A stretch of 64,000 nt of DNA from Chloroflexota bacterium. GTDB lineage: Bacteria > Chloroflexota > Dehalococcoidia > Lucifugimonadales > GCA-2722455. Below are positions 45,251 through 54,955 of the stretch, in pieces; the first letter of the stretch is position 1; every line of letters begins with the position of its first letter. The stretch covers positions 140,897-204,896 of the forward strand of contig PBMB01000017.1 of assembly GCA_002722455.1 (NCBI GenBank), read 5' to 3'. The notes beneath the pieces are model-generated. The model ran no database searches, was not told the DNA's origin, and was given only the letters and a program-made list of their open reading frames with translations. The translations under genes and the position numbers were made by a program.

Positions 45251-45727
45251 ATGTCATTTAATAAGATGATTGTTGTGGGCAATGTAGGTTCTGATTCTGA
45301 AATGAGATATTCGCCTAATGGTACGGCAGTTACATCATTTACCCTTGCAACTAATCGCAGATACCGAACATCTTCAGGTGAACAGAGAGAAGAAACTGAG
45401 TGGTTTACAGTAACAGCATGGGGTCGTTTGGCTGAAACCGTAAACCAATATGTTACTAAAGGGATGAAGGTGTATGCCGAAGGACGCTTAAGGAGCAGTA
45501 CCTGGGAAGGTAATGACGGGCAAACCCGTTTCACAAACGAAATTACTGCGTCAGATGTAGTGTTTCTCGATTCAAGAGGTACAGGCACTTCAAATCCAAT
45601 TTCTGCAGATAATCAAGGTGGATCAGAACAAGGTCAGCCTCAGGTTGACTCACCCCCATCTAATCCAGGAATGGACTCTCATACAGAGAGCCCCCCTTCT
45701 GATTCTGGTGAAGAGCTGCCCTGGTAA
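45251..45727 (+). CDS. ssb: Single-stranded DNA-binding protein
   Basis: 158 aa. OB fold (MSFNKMIVVGNVGSDSEMRYSPNGTAVTSFTLATN...TEWFTVTAWGRLAE), Pro/Ser/Gly-rich linker and acidic C-terminal tip EELPW. Confidence 0.93.
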   Translation: MSFNKMIVVGNVGSDSEMRYSPNGTAVTSFTLATNRRYRTSSGEQREETEWFTVTAWGRLAETVNQYVTKGMKVYAEGRLRSSTWEGNDGQTRFTNEITASDVVFLDSRGTGTSNPISADNQGGSEQGQPQVDSPPSNPGMDSHTESPPSDSGEELPW

Positions 45728-45751
45728 AATATGAAATAAATATTGTGCTGT

Positions 45752-46324
45752 TTATGATGCCATAGAGGTCGGCATATCCTTGTTTAAAACATCTAACCCT
45801 TTTCTTACTTGTGACAAATGGATTGAAAGATGTTCTTCTAAAGCAAAAAGTGTTTCTCTTGCGTATTGATCAGCACCATCTTTTTGATCTAAAGCTTGAG
45901 TATTTGCCTTAGCAAGTAATTCTTCACAGTCTGCCTTTGCTTTTGCAATAATTTTTTCTGCTTCTGCTATTGCGTCAGAGTTAATTACTTCAGCTTCGTT
46001 ATGAGCGGTTTTTAAAACTTCAGTTTCACTGACTAATTTTTGATGTTCCATTTCAAGTGAATCTTTAGACTCAGCTGCCTCTTTTTGACTAGTTTCGCGA
46101 ATTCTACGAGCTTCAAGATGAGCTTGGTTAATGACGCTTTCTCGTTGAGTTATTATTTCTTGTGCTTCTGTCATTTCATCAGGGACGCTATCTGATAAAT
46201 TATCAAGAATTGAAGATATCTCTTCAGCGTCTAAGATTACTTTGTTTTTAAAACCAGGGAGTTTCTTGCTTTCGGACAATACTGATTTTAATTTTAAAAT
46301 TGTTTCTTCTATTTTCATAGACAA
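45752..46324 (-). CDS. Hypothetical coiled-coil protein (ATP-synthase-b / V-ATPase-G-like A/E/K-rich repeats)
   Basis: 190 aa. Heptad-like charged sequence (AEAEKIIAKAKADCEELLAKA). Last gene of the rsmD-coaD unit. Function not recognisable. Confidence 0.45.
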   Translation of the reverse strand: MSMKIEETILKLKSVLSESKKLPGFKNKVILDAEEISSILDNLSDSVPDEMTEAQEIITQRESVINQAHLEARRIRETSQKEAAESKDSLEMEHQKLVSETEVLKTAHNEAEVINSDAIAEAEKIIAKAKADCEELLAKANTQALDQKDGADQYARETLFALEEHLSIHLSQVRKGLDVLNKDMPTSMAS

Positions 46325-46350
46325 TCCTCCTTCTTTATATTTTAGTTTTA

Positions 46351-46824
46351 CTACATATTTTCGTTTAATTTTTTTACTACATGTTGAGGAACCAAGTCCG
46401 ATACATTTGCTCCTAGTTTTACAACCTCTTTAACTCTACTTGAATGGATGAATTGATTTTCTAATGAACTCATCATACATATCACATCAATTTTGGGGGA
46501 TAATTTTCGCCACATTAATGCCATTTCAAATTCAGTTTCGAAATCAAAACCTGCCCGAAGCCCTCTTAGAATAAACATGGCTCCAACTTTTTGGGCATGA
46601 TTAACGGCTAATCCTCTGAATGACTGAACTTCTACATTAGGGAGATGTTCGACCGATTCTTTAAACATAGACACCCGATCTTGGGTTGAAAAAAGAGCAG
46701 GTTTTTCTGGCTGTTCATATATACCAACATAAACTTTTTCAAAAAGTCGTGCCGATCTACTTACTATATCGACATGTCCGTTGTGTACAGGGTCAAATGT
46801 CCCAGGATATAATGCTTTAACCAT
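46351..46824 (-). CDS. coaD: Phosphopantetheine adenylyltransferase
   Basis: 157 aa. YPGTFDPVHNGH motif and C-terminal SSRVKE. Confidence 0.93.
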   Translation of the reverse strand: MVKALYPGTFDPVHNGHVDIVSRSARLFEKVYVGIYEQPEKPALFSTQDRVSMFKESVEHLPNVEVQSFRGLAVNHAQKVGAMFILRGLRAGFDFETEFEMALMWRKLSPKIDVICMMSSLENQFIHSSRVKEVVKLGANVSDLVPQHVVKKLNENM

Positions 46825-47387
46825 TAGTTGTTCCCTATTTTTTTGAGTATGGAAATAGAAGTGTCTCCATACTGCTTGAAATTTAATTTTCTTAATTGGG
46901 GTTGAACCGAAGGAAGCAATTGTTTTTTATAGTGTTCTGCAACAATAATTCCATTTTCCTTTAATATTTTCGTGGATAGAATTTTAGAAAATAAATTTGG
47001 CCAAGGGTTTGTTTTATATGGAGGATCTATAAAAATAATATCGTAACTTCTGTTTTTCAAAGATAGAAAGGACTCAGTAGACATAGGGTATACTTGAGTG
47101 TTTGAGTCTAGATTAAATGATTTCAATATAGAATTTAATTGTCTAGCAGTTTTACGGTTGATTTCAACAAAATCAGCATTAGCACATCCTAGGCTTAGTG
47201 CTTCTATTCCTAGTATTCCTGTTCCAGCATATAAGTCTAATATGCTTGCGCTCGTTTTAATTTCTTCTTTAATCATTGAAAAAACTGCTAATCTCACCTG
47301 TTGAGAGGTGGGTTTTAAGTTTGCTGACGGATGAAATTGAACTACGTGGCCTTTGATTCGACCTACGCAAATGCGTGTAGTTGCCAC
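46824..47387 (-). CDS. rsmD: 16S rRNA (guanine966-N2)-methyltransferase RsmD
   Basis: 187 aa. LDLYAGTGILGIEALS SAM motif and FIDPPY catalytic motif. GTG start. 1-nt overlap with coaD. Confidence 0.85.
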   Translation of the reverse strand: MATTRICVGRIKGHVVQFHPSANLKPTSQQVRLAVFSMIKEEIKTSASILDLYAGTGILGIEALSLGCANADFVEINRKTARQLNSILKSFNLDSNTQVYPMSTESFLSLKNRSYDIIFIDPPYKTNPWPNLFSKILSTKILKENGIIVAEHYKKQLLPSVQPQLRKLNFKQYGDTSISILKKIGNN

Positions 47388-47615
47388 TTTCTACATTTAC
47401 AATCTATGGTTTTTAATGAAATAAAATATTGATTTTGAGACTAACATGAAAGATGTGGGCATGAAAGGTGTTTTTGAGGGTACTTTTTTCTGAAAAGCCA
47501 AGTTTGAGTAGATTTTTTATTTGTTAAACCTAGATAGTACTAGCAATAAATAGAAAATTTATATTATGGTTAAGTACATTAATTATATTTATAGTAGTAA
47601 TGTAGGAGTAAACAA

Positions 47616-49121
47616 TTGCCAACACCAGAAGATGTATTGCGTGATGCTCGACTTGAGAAGCTTGGTAGATTAAGAAATAAAGGTGTTGACCCCTACCCAA
47701 GTAATTACCAAAGATCCCATACGTCTCAGCAAGCTAAAGCTGAATACTCGTCTAGTTTAGAGAATTCTGACAGTAAAACTGACCGATTGTTTGTCTCAGT
47801 CGCAGGTAGAGTGATTGCATGGAGGTCTATGGGGAAGGCTACTTTTCTAGACTTGCTAGATATTGATGGTAAAATCCAAGTTATTTTTAAACAAGATGTA
47901 GTGGAAGGTGAGTATAAAGATCTTAAGGATGTTGATATTGGGGACTGGGTAGGTGTTTCAGGATTTTTATTTGAAACCCGTACAAAAGAAGTAACAGTTG
48001 AGGTTAAAAAATGGCAAGTGTTATCAAAATCCATTCGTCCTTTACCTGAGAAATGGCATGGATTAACTGAAATCGAAACTAGGTACCGGCAACGATATTT
48101 AGATTTAATTGCCAATGAAAATTCTCGAGAAATTGTTAAGTTACGTAGCAACATTCTGAATGCAATAAGGTCATTTATGAATGATAGGGGGTTTTTAGAG
48201 GTTGAAACTCCTATATTAGTTCCTGTGGCAGCAGGAGGTACTGCTCGCCCATTTTCTACTCATTACAACATGTTACGGAGAGATCTTTATTTACGTATTG
48301 CTACAGAGTTGTATTTAAAACGTCTTGTTGTAGGTGGAATAGAAAAAGTGTATGAAATAGGCAAAACATTTAGGAATGAGGGGTTTGACCACACACACAA
48401 CCCCGAATTTACCATGATGGAGAGTTATGAGGCTTTGAGTGATTATAAAGATGTTATGTGTATGACAGAAGATTTATTATCTTTTGTTAGTCAGGGTGTT
48501 TTAAATAAGACAGAAGTTGAATTTGAAGGCAATAATATTGATTTTAGCTCTCCATGGAAAAAAATTGTACTTAAAGATGCAGTTAAACAATACGCAGATA
48601 TTGATTTAGGTTTGTGTAAAGACATAGATAGCTTAAGTCTAGCCATGGAACGAATAGGCATTAATCCTTCTGGCCAAAAAACTTGGGGGGGGATGGTTGA
48701 TAAAATTATAGATATCAAAGTTCAGCCTAATTTTATTCAGCCAACATTTCTTATAGATTACCCTGTCGAAATGTCTCCTTTGGCAAAGAAAAAACCAGAA
48801 GATTCTGACTATGTTGAAAGATTTGAGGGCTTCATTGCTGGCATGGAAGTTTGCAATGCTTTTAGCGAATTAAATGATCCTATAGATCAAAGAGAAAGGC
48901 TGGAAATGCAAGAATCTCTTAGGGTAAAATATGATTTGGAAGAAACCGATCGGTTAGACGAAGATTATATTTTAGCCTTGGAACATGGAATGCCTCCCAC
49001 GGGAGGGTTAGGTTTAGGTATTGATCGATTAGTTATGCTACTCTCCAATCAGAATTCAATAAGAGAAGTTATTGCTTTTCCCCAATTAAAGTCTCAACCG
49101 GTTGAAGAAAAAGATAATTAG
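47616..49121 (+). CDS. lysS: Lysyl-tRNA synthetase (class II)
   Basis: 501 aa. N-terminal OB anticodon-binding domain and class II motifs (FLEVETPIL, FRNEG..HTHNPEFTMME, GLGLGIDRLVML). TTG start with GGAG upstream. Confidence 0.95.
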   Translation: MPTPEDVLRDARLEKLGRLRNKGVDPYPSNYQRSHTSQQAKAEYSSSLENSDSKTDRLFVSVAGRVIAWRSMGKATFLDLLDIDGKIQVIFKQDVVEGEYKDLKDVDIGDWVGVSGFLFETRTKEVTVEVKKWQVLSKSIRPLPEKWHGLTEIETRYRQRYLDLIANENSREIVKLRSNILNAIRSFMNDRGFLEVETPILVPVAAGGTARPFSTHYNMLRRDLYLRIATELYLKRLVVGGIEKVYEIGKTFRNEGFDHTHNPEFTMMESYEALSDYKDVMCMTEDLLSFVSQGVLNKTEVEFEGNNIDFSSPWKKIVLKDAVKQYADIDLGLCKDIDSLSLAMERIGINPSGQKTWGGMVDKIIDIKVQPNFIQPTFLIDYPVEMSPLAKKKPEDSDYVERFEGFIAGMEVCNAFSELNDPIDQRERLEMQESLRVKYDLEETDRLDEDYILALEHGMPPTGGLGLGIDRLVMLLSNQNSIREVIAFPQLKSQPVEEKDN

Positions 49122-49864
49122 TTTGGTTTTTTTGCAACAATTATATTGACATGGTTGAATAATGTTGCTTGTGTATCAATAATTTGCAGGCCAGCATTTT
49201 TAATTTGATCTGACAGTTGATTGACAGTTGTAAATTTGTCGACTGATCTTGGAAGATATTTATATGCTTTTTGATTTTTAGCTACCAGTTTACCTAAAAT
49301 AGGGGGAAATAATTTAAAATATATTTGGAACAAAAAATTAGTTACATTTAACTTGTCAGATTTGAAAATTTCGAGAATAGCAATTTTGCCACCTGGCTTT
49401 AAAACCCTATTGAATTCATTTAATGCTAAACCAGGTGAATGGAAATTCCGTATACCAAAAGTAATGGTTATTAACCCAAAGAAATTATTTTGGAATGGTA
49501 GAGTATGAGCATCGCTGAGTAAGAGAACAATGTCCGAATTCGACGTGCTGGGAATTTTTTTCTTTGCTTCTTCTATCATTTTTTTACTAATATCGACACC
49601 TACAATTGTTTGAGTAGGTGAATGTTGTAAAATTTCTATGATCATATCTCCTGTACCCATTCCAATGTCCAATGATGGATCTTGAGAGAAAGGCAAGATT
49701 AAATCAATTAGTTTTTTTCTCCACGAATGGTGTTTACCAAAACTCATCAAAGAATTCATCAAATCATAATATTTTGCTATTTGACTAAACATTGATCCAA
49801 TATTACGTGAATGAGAAGTTTGTTCATCTATATTAGATAGGTTTTGATTTGGGTTTATTTTCAT
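49118..49864 (-). CDS. ubiE: Demethylmenaquinone / ubiquinone biosynthesis C-methyltransferase (UbiE/MenG family)
   Basis: 248 aa. YDLMNSLMSFGKHHSWRK signature and SAM motif LDIGMGTGD. Confidence 0.85.
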   Translation of the reverse strand: MKINPNQNLSNIDEQTSHSRNIGSMFSQIAKYYDLMNSLMSFGKHHSWRKKLIDLILPFSQDPSLDIGMGTGDMIIEILQHSPTQTIVGVDISKKMIEEAKKKIPSTSNSDIVLLLSDAHTLPFQNNFFGLITITFGIRNFHSPGLALNEFNRVLKPGGKIAILEIFKSDKLNVTNFLFQIYFKLFPPILGKLVAKNQKAYKYLPRSVDKFTTVNQLSDQIKNAGLQIIDTQATLFNHVNIIVAKKPN

Positions 49865-49865
49865 A

Positions 49866-51437
49866 TTAAAATTGTTGACGTAATTTTTGAATGGTCGAAG
49901 GAATTATGTTTAAGAGATCAGACGATATAGCACCTATTTCTCCAATTGTTTCTGTTAGTTCTATTCCAGCTGATCCATGGATAAAAACAGATGTGAGGGA
50001 AGCTGCCTGGCTGTTTAGGTTTTGAGCTATTAATCCTCCAATCATTCCTGATAATATATCTCCACTGCCAGCAGTTGCTAGAGATGGAGTAGCGACTGGG
50101 TTAATGTAAACTGATCCATCTTTACTCCCAACTAAAGTATATGGACCTTTAAGCACAAATGTTGCATTCCATTCTTGGCTTAATTTTTTGACAAGAGCAA
50201 TTCGAGGAGGTAAATCCAATTGCATTGACAGATCAATTAATCTTTTCATTTCCCCCTGGTGAGGGGTAAGGATGGGGGTATTCAGTTTTTTAATAGTACT
50301 GATTCGTTTTTTTATATTCATTGAAGATAGCCAATTTAAACCATCTGCATCTATGATTAATTTAGGTAAAGTGTTTATGTTGGTTAATAATTTTGAGAGG
50401 AATATTTGAGTTTGAGGGTCTTGCCCAATACCGCAACCAATAACTAATGAATCATATTTAGAAACCTGAGGGGCAATTAAGTCTAAATTATTAGAGGATA
50501 TTGCTCCATCATTTGATTCTTGTAAAGGAATAAAAGTAGCTTCAGGAATCTTTATTGACAATGGGTACACCAAGCTCCGGGGTGTAGCTATTGTTACAAG
50601 TCCAGCTCCAACCTTATAGGCGGAGGCAGCAGCAAAATAAGCTGCACCAATAAAATTTCTTGATCCTCCAATTATTAATACGCGCCCAGAAGATCCTTTA
50701 TGCGACATAGAAGTTCTACGAGGAAGATAAGGAGTTATTTTTTTTGCGGTTAACATTTTTATTTGAGAATTAACTTGTATGTTTTTAGGGAATCCTATGT
50801 CAAGGACTGAAAGTTTACCGATATGATTCATTCCAGGCAATTCAAATAAACCTATTTTAGGGTTGCCAAGTGATAAAGTTATGTCTGCAAATGGACAATT
50901 TTCATCAACAGTCCCTCTGTTTGAGTCAAGCCCTGTAGGTACATCAACTGCAATAATTTTTAAAGAATCTCGAGCATGTTTTTCTTTGTTTAACTCTATA
51001 AGTATTTTTTTTATTGGATTTTGTATTGGGCGTGAAATTCCAATCCCAAGTATTGAGTCTATGACAATATCTGAAACCTGTATTAATTTTTTTAGATTTG
51101 ATAGTTTTGGGTCGGTAAAAATAGAATCTGAAAATGGCGACTCTTTGGATACTGTAATGTTATAGCTTAATAGTTTTGGGTCAGTACACGCATATGTATA
51201 AATTTGTATTGTGCTAAGTTTCATGTTTCTTAAATATTGTGCAGCGAGCAATCCATCATACCCATTGTTTCCAGGGCCAATTAGAAAGAGGAGGATTTTT
51301 TTAGATTGACCAATTTGACAAAGTAAATTCTCACCAATTTGCTTTCCAGCATTGTTTATTAATATCTGTGACGTTAAGCCTGCTTTTTCTGAAAGAGATT
51401 CTAGTTGTCTCATTTGTTGTACTGAAACTATTTCCAT
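49866..51437 (-). CDS. nnr: Bifunctional NAD(P)H-hydrate repair enzyme Nnr (epimerase + ADP-dependent dehydratase)
   Basis: 523 aa. YjeF_N motif GPGNNGYDG and C-terminal carbohydrate-kinase motif AGSGDILSGMIGG. Confidence 0.9.
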   Translation of the reverse strand: MEIVSVQQMRQLESLSEKAGLTSQILINNAGKQIGENLLCQIGQSKKILLFLIGPGNNGYDGLLAAQYLRNMKLSTIQIYTYACTDPKLLSYNITVSKESPFSDSIFTDPKLSNLKKLIQVSDIVIDSILGIGISRPIQNPIKKILIELNKEKHARDSLKIIAVDVPTGLDSNRGTVDENCPFADITLSLGNPKIGLFELPGMNHIGKLSVLDIGFPKNIQVNSQIKMLTAKKITPYLPRRTSMSHKGSSGRVLIIGGSRNFIGAAYFAAASAYKVGAGLVTIATPRSLVYPLSIKIPEATFIPLQESNDGAISSNNLDLIAPQVSKYDSLVIGCGIGQDPQTQIFLSKLLTNINTLPKLIIDADGLNWLSSMNIKKRISTIKKLNTPILTPHQGEMKRLIDLSMQLDLPPRIALVKKLSQEWNATFVLKGPYTLVGSKDGSVYINPVATPSLATAGSGDILSGMIGGLIAQNLNSQAASLTSVFIHGSAGIELTETIGEIGAISSDLLNIIPSTIQKLRQQF

Positions 51438-51471
51438 AATACATTCCTACTAATTAGATAAAGTCTCATTA

Positions 51472-51831
51472 TTAAAAGGCGATGACGGATGCTACGGCAT
51501 ATTCTCTTGAGTGCGATAATGAGAGAGCAAATTGTGTAATTTGAATAGTACGGGCTCGTTTTGCTGCTCTTGAATGTAACAAAACTTCAGGTGGATTACC
51601 TGGAGTACGTATGACTTCAATATCCTGCCAGCCAACACCACGGGTGCCTGTACCTAAAGCTTTCATTACAGCTTCTTTTGCAGCAAATCTTGCAGCTAAT
51701 TGAGGATAGCGACCTCTACAATAATTTAGCTCTTCTTGTGTATAAATTCGATTTAAGAATCGATTAGTATATGTTTTTACTATTTTTTCAATACGCTCAA
51801 TTTCTATGATATCTATACCTGTTGTAATCAT
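51472..51831 (-). CDS. acpS: Holo-ACP synthase
   Basis: 119 aa. GIDIIEIERI, FAAKEAVMKA and SLSHS motifs. Confidence 0.92.
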   Translation of the reverse strand: MITTGIDIIEIERIEKIVKTYTNRFLNRIYTQEELNYCRGRYPQLAARFAAKEAVMKALGTGTRGVGWQDIEVIRTPGNPPEVLLHSRAAKRARTIQITQFALSLSHSREYAVASVIAF

Positions 51832-51870
51832 TAAAAATCCTTAGATGAAGCTTTATGAGGAATTGAGTTA

Positions 51871-52776
51871 TTATGTGAGGTTTGTATTTTGTAGTATTTT
51901 AGGTATATGAGATTCCCAGCCAATTGCCATTATATGGACTCCTGAACACATAGGTTTCATTGATTCTATAATTGACGATGATATATCAATTGATGTTTGT
52001 ATTCGATTATCTGAAGCATCCATTGTTTGAATTATTTTATCTGGAACGTTTACTCCAAACAGGTTATCATTTAAATATTGTGCCATTTTGGCACTTTTCA
52101 ATAATATTAATCCAGCTAAAATTGGAGTTTTGAAATTAGTTATTTTCTCCATAAATGACTCAAACTGATTTGTATCAAATATACCTTGAGTTTGAAAAAA
52201 CTGAGCACCTAAATCTATTTTTTGCTGCATACGTGTAATTTCTTTTTCTATATCTTTAGCCCCTGGATTAACGACTGCTCCAACTAAAAAATCAGCCGGA
52301 GCATTTAATTTAGATTTAGAAAGGTCAAATCCTGAACGTAAAGCTTCTAAAGATTGTAAGATTCCTGTAGCATCAAGATCAAAGACTCCTTTTGCTTCAG
52401 GATGGTCTCCATCAGCCGGAGAGTCTCCAGACATACATAGAACATTTGAAATTCCAAGTGCATGTGCAGCCAACAATTCGCCTTGTATAGCAATCCTATT
52501 CCGATCTCTGCCTGTAATTTGAAGAATTGGGTTAATGTTTAATGTTGTAAGATAGTGAGCTATGGTTATAGGTGCCATTGCCATATTTGCTCCTGCTGAA
52601 TCAGTAACATTAATTGCATCAACATAATTTTTGAGCATAGATGCTTTTTCCAAGACAGTTGTTGTGTCAGGGCCTTTTGGTGGATTTATTTCAGTAGTAA
52701 CTACAAAGTTTTTTACATTTAATCTTTCTCGTAGAGAAATCATGTTTAAATTTTGGTTTGTATCTTTATTTGTCAT
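51871..52776 (-). CDS. metF: 5,10-methylenetetrahydrofolate reductase
   Basis: MTHFR-family TIM barrel (TTEINPPKG, ITGRD, LCMSGD). I prefer ATG 52776, with GAGGA 9 nt upstream, over the maximal TTG at 52791. Confidence 0.85.
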   Translation of the reverse strand: MTNKDTNQNLNMISLRERLNVKNFVVTTEINPPKGPDTTTVLEKASMLKNYVDAINVTDSAGANMAMAPITIAHYLTTLNINPILQITGRDRNRIAIQGELLAAHALGISNVLCMSGDSPADGDHPEAKGVFDLDATGILQSLEALRSGFDLSKSKLNAPADFLVGAVVNPGAKDIEKEITRMQQKIDLGAQFFQTQGIFDTNQFESFMEKITNFKTPILAGLILLKSAKMAQYLNDNLFGVNVPDKIIQTMDASDNRIQTSIDISSSIIESMKPMCSGVHIMAIGWESHIPKILQNTNLT

Positions 52777-52798
52777 TGTATGTTTCCTCAAAAGAATA

Positions 52799-52828
52799 TT
52801 CTAAGTATATCTTTTCTAAGTATATCTT
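52799..52828. repeat. Perfect tandem duplication of a 15-mer (TTCTAAGTATATCTT x2) in the metF-folD divergent spacer
   Basis: 52799..52813 and 52814..52828 are identical, read directly. On the metF strand each copy carries TATACT. Confidence 0.9.
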
Positions 52829-52967
52829 ATAATAATTTTAGTTTGTAAATCATAATATGACTTATTGTAGTGTTAGTGAAATTTACGTGCATCTGTTATT
52901 AAAAAAAATCGTATAATATATATTGTTTGTTTGATATTGAGATTTGATAACTTATAAGAGGGATTAC

Positions 52968-53858
52968 ATGGTTGCAAAGTTAGTAGACGGGAAAGCAGTT
53001 GCAGAAGATATTAGAGATAATTTAAAAAAACAAATAGGTGAATTTACTAATAATTATGCAATCAGCCCCAAATTTGCAGTTATAGTAGTAGGACAGAATC
53101 CTGCATCAAAAATTTATGTTAAAAACAAACGTCTTGCTGCTTTGGAATGCGGAATGATGGCTGATGTTATTGAATTACCTGCCCGATCAAATTATGAAGA
53201 AATCAAAAAATGTATTCATACATTAAACCGTGATAAAAATACGCATGGAATTTTAGTACAGCTTCCTTTGCCAAATGATATTAATAAAGATTTGTTAGTT
53301 CAAGAAATTGATCCAATTAAGGATGTTGATGGATTACATCCGATTAGTTTAGGAAAGTTATTGCAAGGTAATGATACTTTTGTACCTGCAACACCCGGTG
53401 CAATTCAGCAAATATTAAGATATATAGATTATGACGTTTCAGGCAAGCATGTTGTTGTTTGCGGTCGAAGTGATATTGTGGGTAAACCGGTCGCTGCTTT
53501 ATTGGTCCAAAAAGGAAAAGGCGCTAATGCTACAGTAACTTTATGCCATTCTCAAACAAAGAATTTAGAGCAAATCACTAGTCAGGCAGATGTTCTCATT
53601 GTTGCAATCGGAAGACCTGAATTTATTACTGAGAATATGGTTTCAGGAGGAACAGTAGTTATTGATGTTGGCATTAATCGAGTTTCGAGCCCTACGCTAA
53701 ATAAAGGATATAAATTGGTTGGCGATGTTCAGTTTGAAAGTGTTTCTAAGATTGTTTCGGCTATTACCCCTGTGCCTGGTGGCGTTGGTCCTGTTACAGT
53801 TTCTATGTTATTACTCAATACTTATAAAGCTGCTATGTTACAGTCAACACAATTTTGA
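52968..53858 (+). CDS. folD: Bifunctional methylene-THF dehydrogenase / methenyl-THF cyclohydrolase
   Basis: MVAKLVDGKAVAEDIR N-terminus, YVKNK, VQLPLP, PATP, GRS.IVGKP and PVPGGVGP motifs. ATG 52968 has AGAGGG upstream. The maximal ORF begins at TTG 52944. Confidence 0.93.
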   Translation: MVAKLVDGKAVAEDIRDNLKKQIGEFTNNYAISPKFAVIVVGQNPASKIYVKNKRLAALECGMMADVIELPARSNYEEIKKCIHTLNRDKNTHGILVQLPLPNDINKDLLVQEIDPIKDVDGLHPISLGKLLQGNDTFVPATPGAIQQILRYIDYDVSGKHVVVCGRSDIVGKPVAALLVQKGKGANATVTLCHSQTKNLEQITSQADVLIVAIGRPEFITENMVSGGTVVIDVGINRVSSPTLNKGYKLVGDVQFESVSKIVSAITPVPGGVGPVTVSMLLLNTYKAAMLQSTQF

Positions 53859-53866
53859 AGCAAATT

Positions 53867-54907
53867 ATGGACCTTAATGAGTTTGACTATAATTTACCTG
53901 CAAGCAATATAGCACAACATCCAGTTGTTCCAAGAGATGCTTGTCGTTTAATGATAGTTGATCGTAAGAATCAAACTATTACGCACAAATCTTTTATGAA
54001 TTTAGGGGATTTTCTTAATAGAGGAGATCTTTTAGTTGCTAATAATTCAAGGGTAGTACCTAGTAGAATTGAAGGACAAACCTTAGAGAGTGGGAATAAA
54101 TTTGAAATATTGTTGCTAAAACGCCTATCAGGTGGATTGTGGGAGTCGTTAATTAAACCTGGGCGTAAATTCAAAAAGGGTTCTAAATTTTCATTATCTC
54201 GGGGAGATTTTCTCCTAGAATTTAGAGTGATTGAAGAATTAGGAAATGGTTCTAAAATTGTTCATATCGATAATGAAGAACATCTTACTAGTATTGCTAC
54301 TATCGCATTGCCTCCATATATAAAAAATATATCTACACATGATTCTGATTACCAAACTATATTTGCTAAAAGTGATGGTAGTATTGCTGCTCCTACTGCA
54401 GGACTACATTTTACCCAAAAATTACTATTGTCTTTAAAGAAAAAGGGTATAGATAGAACAAATATCACTTTACACGTTGGATGGGATTCCTTTCGTCCTA
54501 TTAGAAGCAACAATATTGACAAACATATAATGCATTCAGAAAATTATAGTATTAGTAAAGATACTTTGGCAAAGCTTTATAGTATAAAGAAAGATAAAAA
54601 AAGAATTGTTGCAGTCGGAACCACAACGACCAGAGTTTTAGAGCACCTTGGTCAATATAATGATGGTCGATTGATTAATATTGAAAGAATTGGAGTAGGA
54701 ACTGGAAAGACAAATCTCTTTATACGTCCTGGGCATGATTTTAAAATAGTTGATGTTATGATTACTAATTTTCATTTGCCAAAATCAACATTACTTTTAT
54801 TGGTAAGTGCTTTTGCCAATAAAGAATTAATTTTATATGCTTACAATGAAGCAGTTAAAGAAGGGTATAGGTTTTATAGTTTTGGCGATGCAATGCTTAT
54901 TATTTAA
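53867..54907 (+). CDS. queA: S-adenosylmethionine:tRNA ribosyltransferase-isomerase
   Basis: MDLNEFDYNLP...IAQHP N-terminus, LPPYI, AAPTAGLHFT and TNFHLPKSTLL motifs. The maximal ORF starts at TTG 53855, overlapping the folD stop. Confidence 0.92.
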   Translation: MDLNEFDYNLPASNIAQHPVVPRDACRLMIVDRKNQTITHKSFMNLGDFLNRGDLLVANNSRVVPSRIEGQTLESGNKFEILLLKRLSGGLWESLIKPGRKFKKGSKFSLSRGDFLLEFRVIEELGNGSKIVHIDNEEHLTSIATIALPPYIKNISTHDSDYQTIFAKSDGSIAAPTAGLHFTQKLLLSLKKKGIDRTNITLHVGWDSFRPIRSNNIDKHIMHSENYSISKDTLAKLYSIKKDKKRIVAVGTTTTRVLEHLGQYNDGRLINIERIGVGTGKTNLFIRPGHDFKIVDVMITNFHLPKSTLLLLVSAFANKELILYAYNEAVKEGYRFYSFGDAMLII

Positions 54908-54955
54908 CTTAAGTTCCAATTTTAATTTTAAGACATCTGAATTTAGGAAGAGTTA

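Noticed and set aside
45242-45751. Absence of rpsR (S18) and rplI after rpsF-ssb.
   Set aside because: The operon is simply truncated by a convergent gene here. rpsR may be elsewhere in the genome, which cannot be judged from this window.
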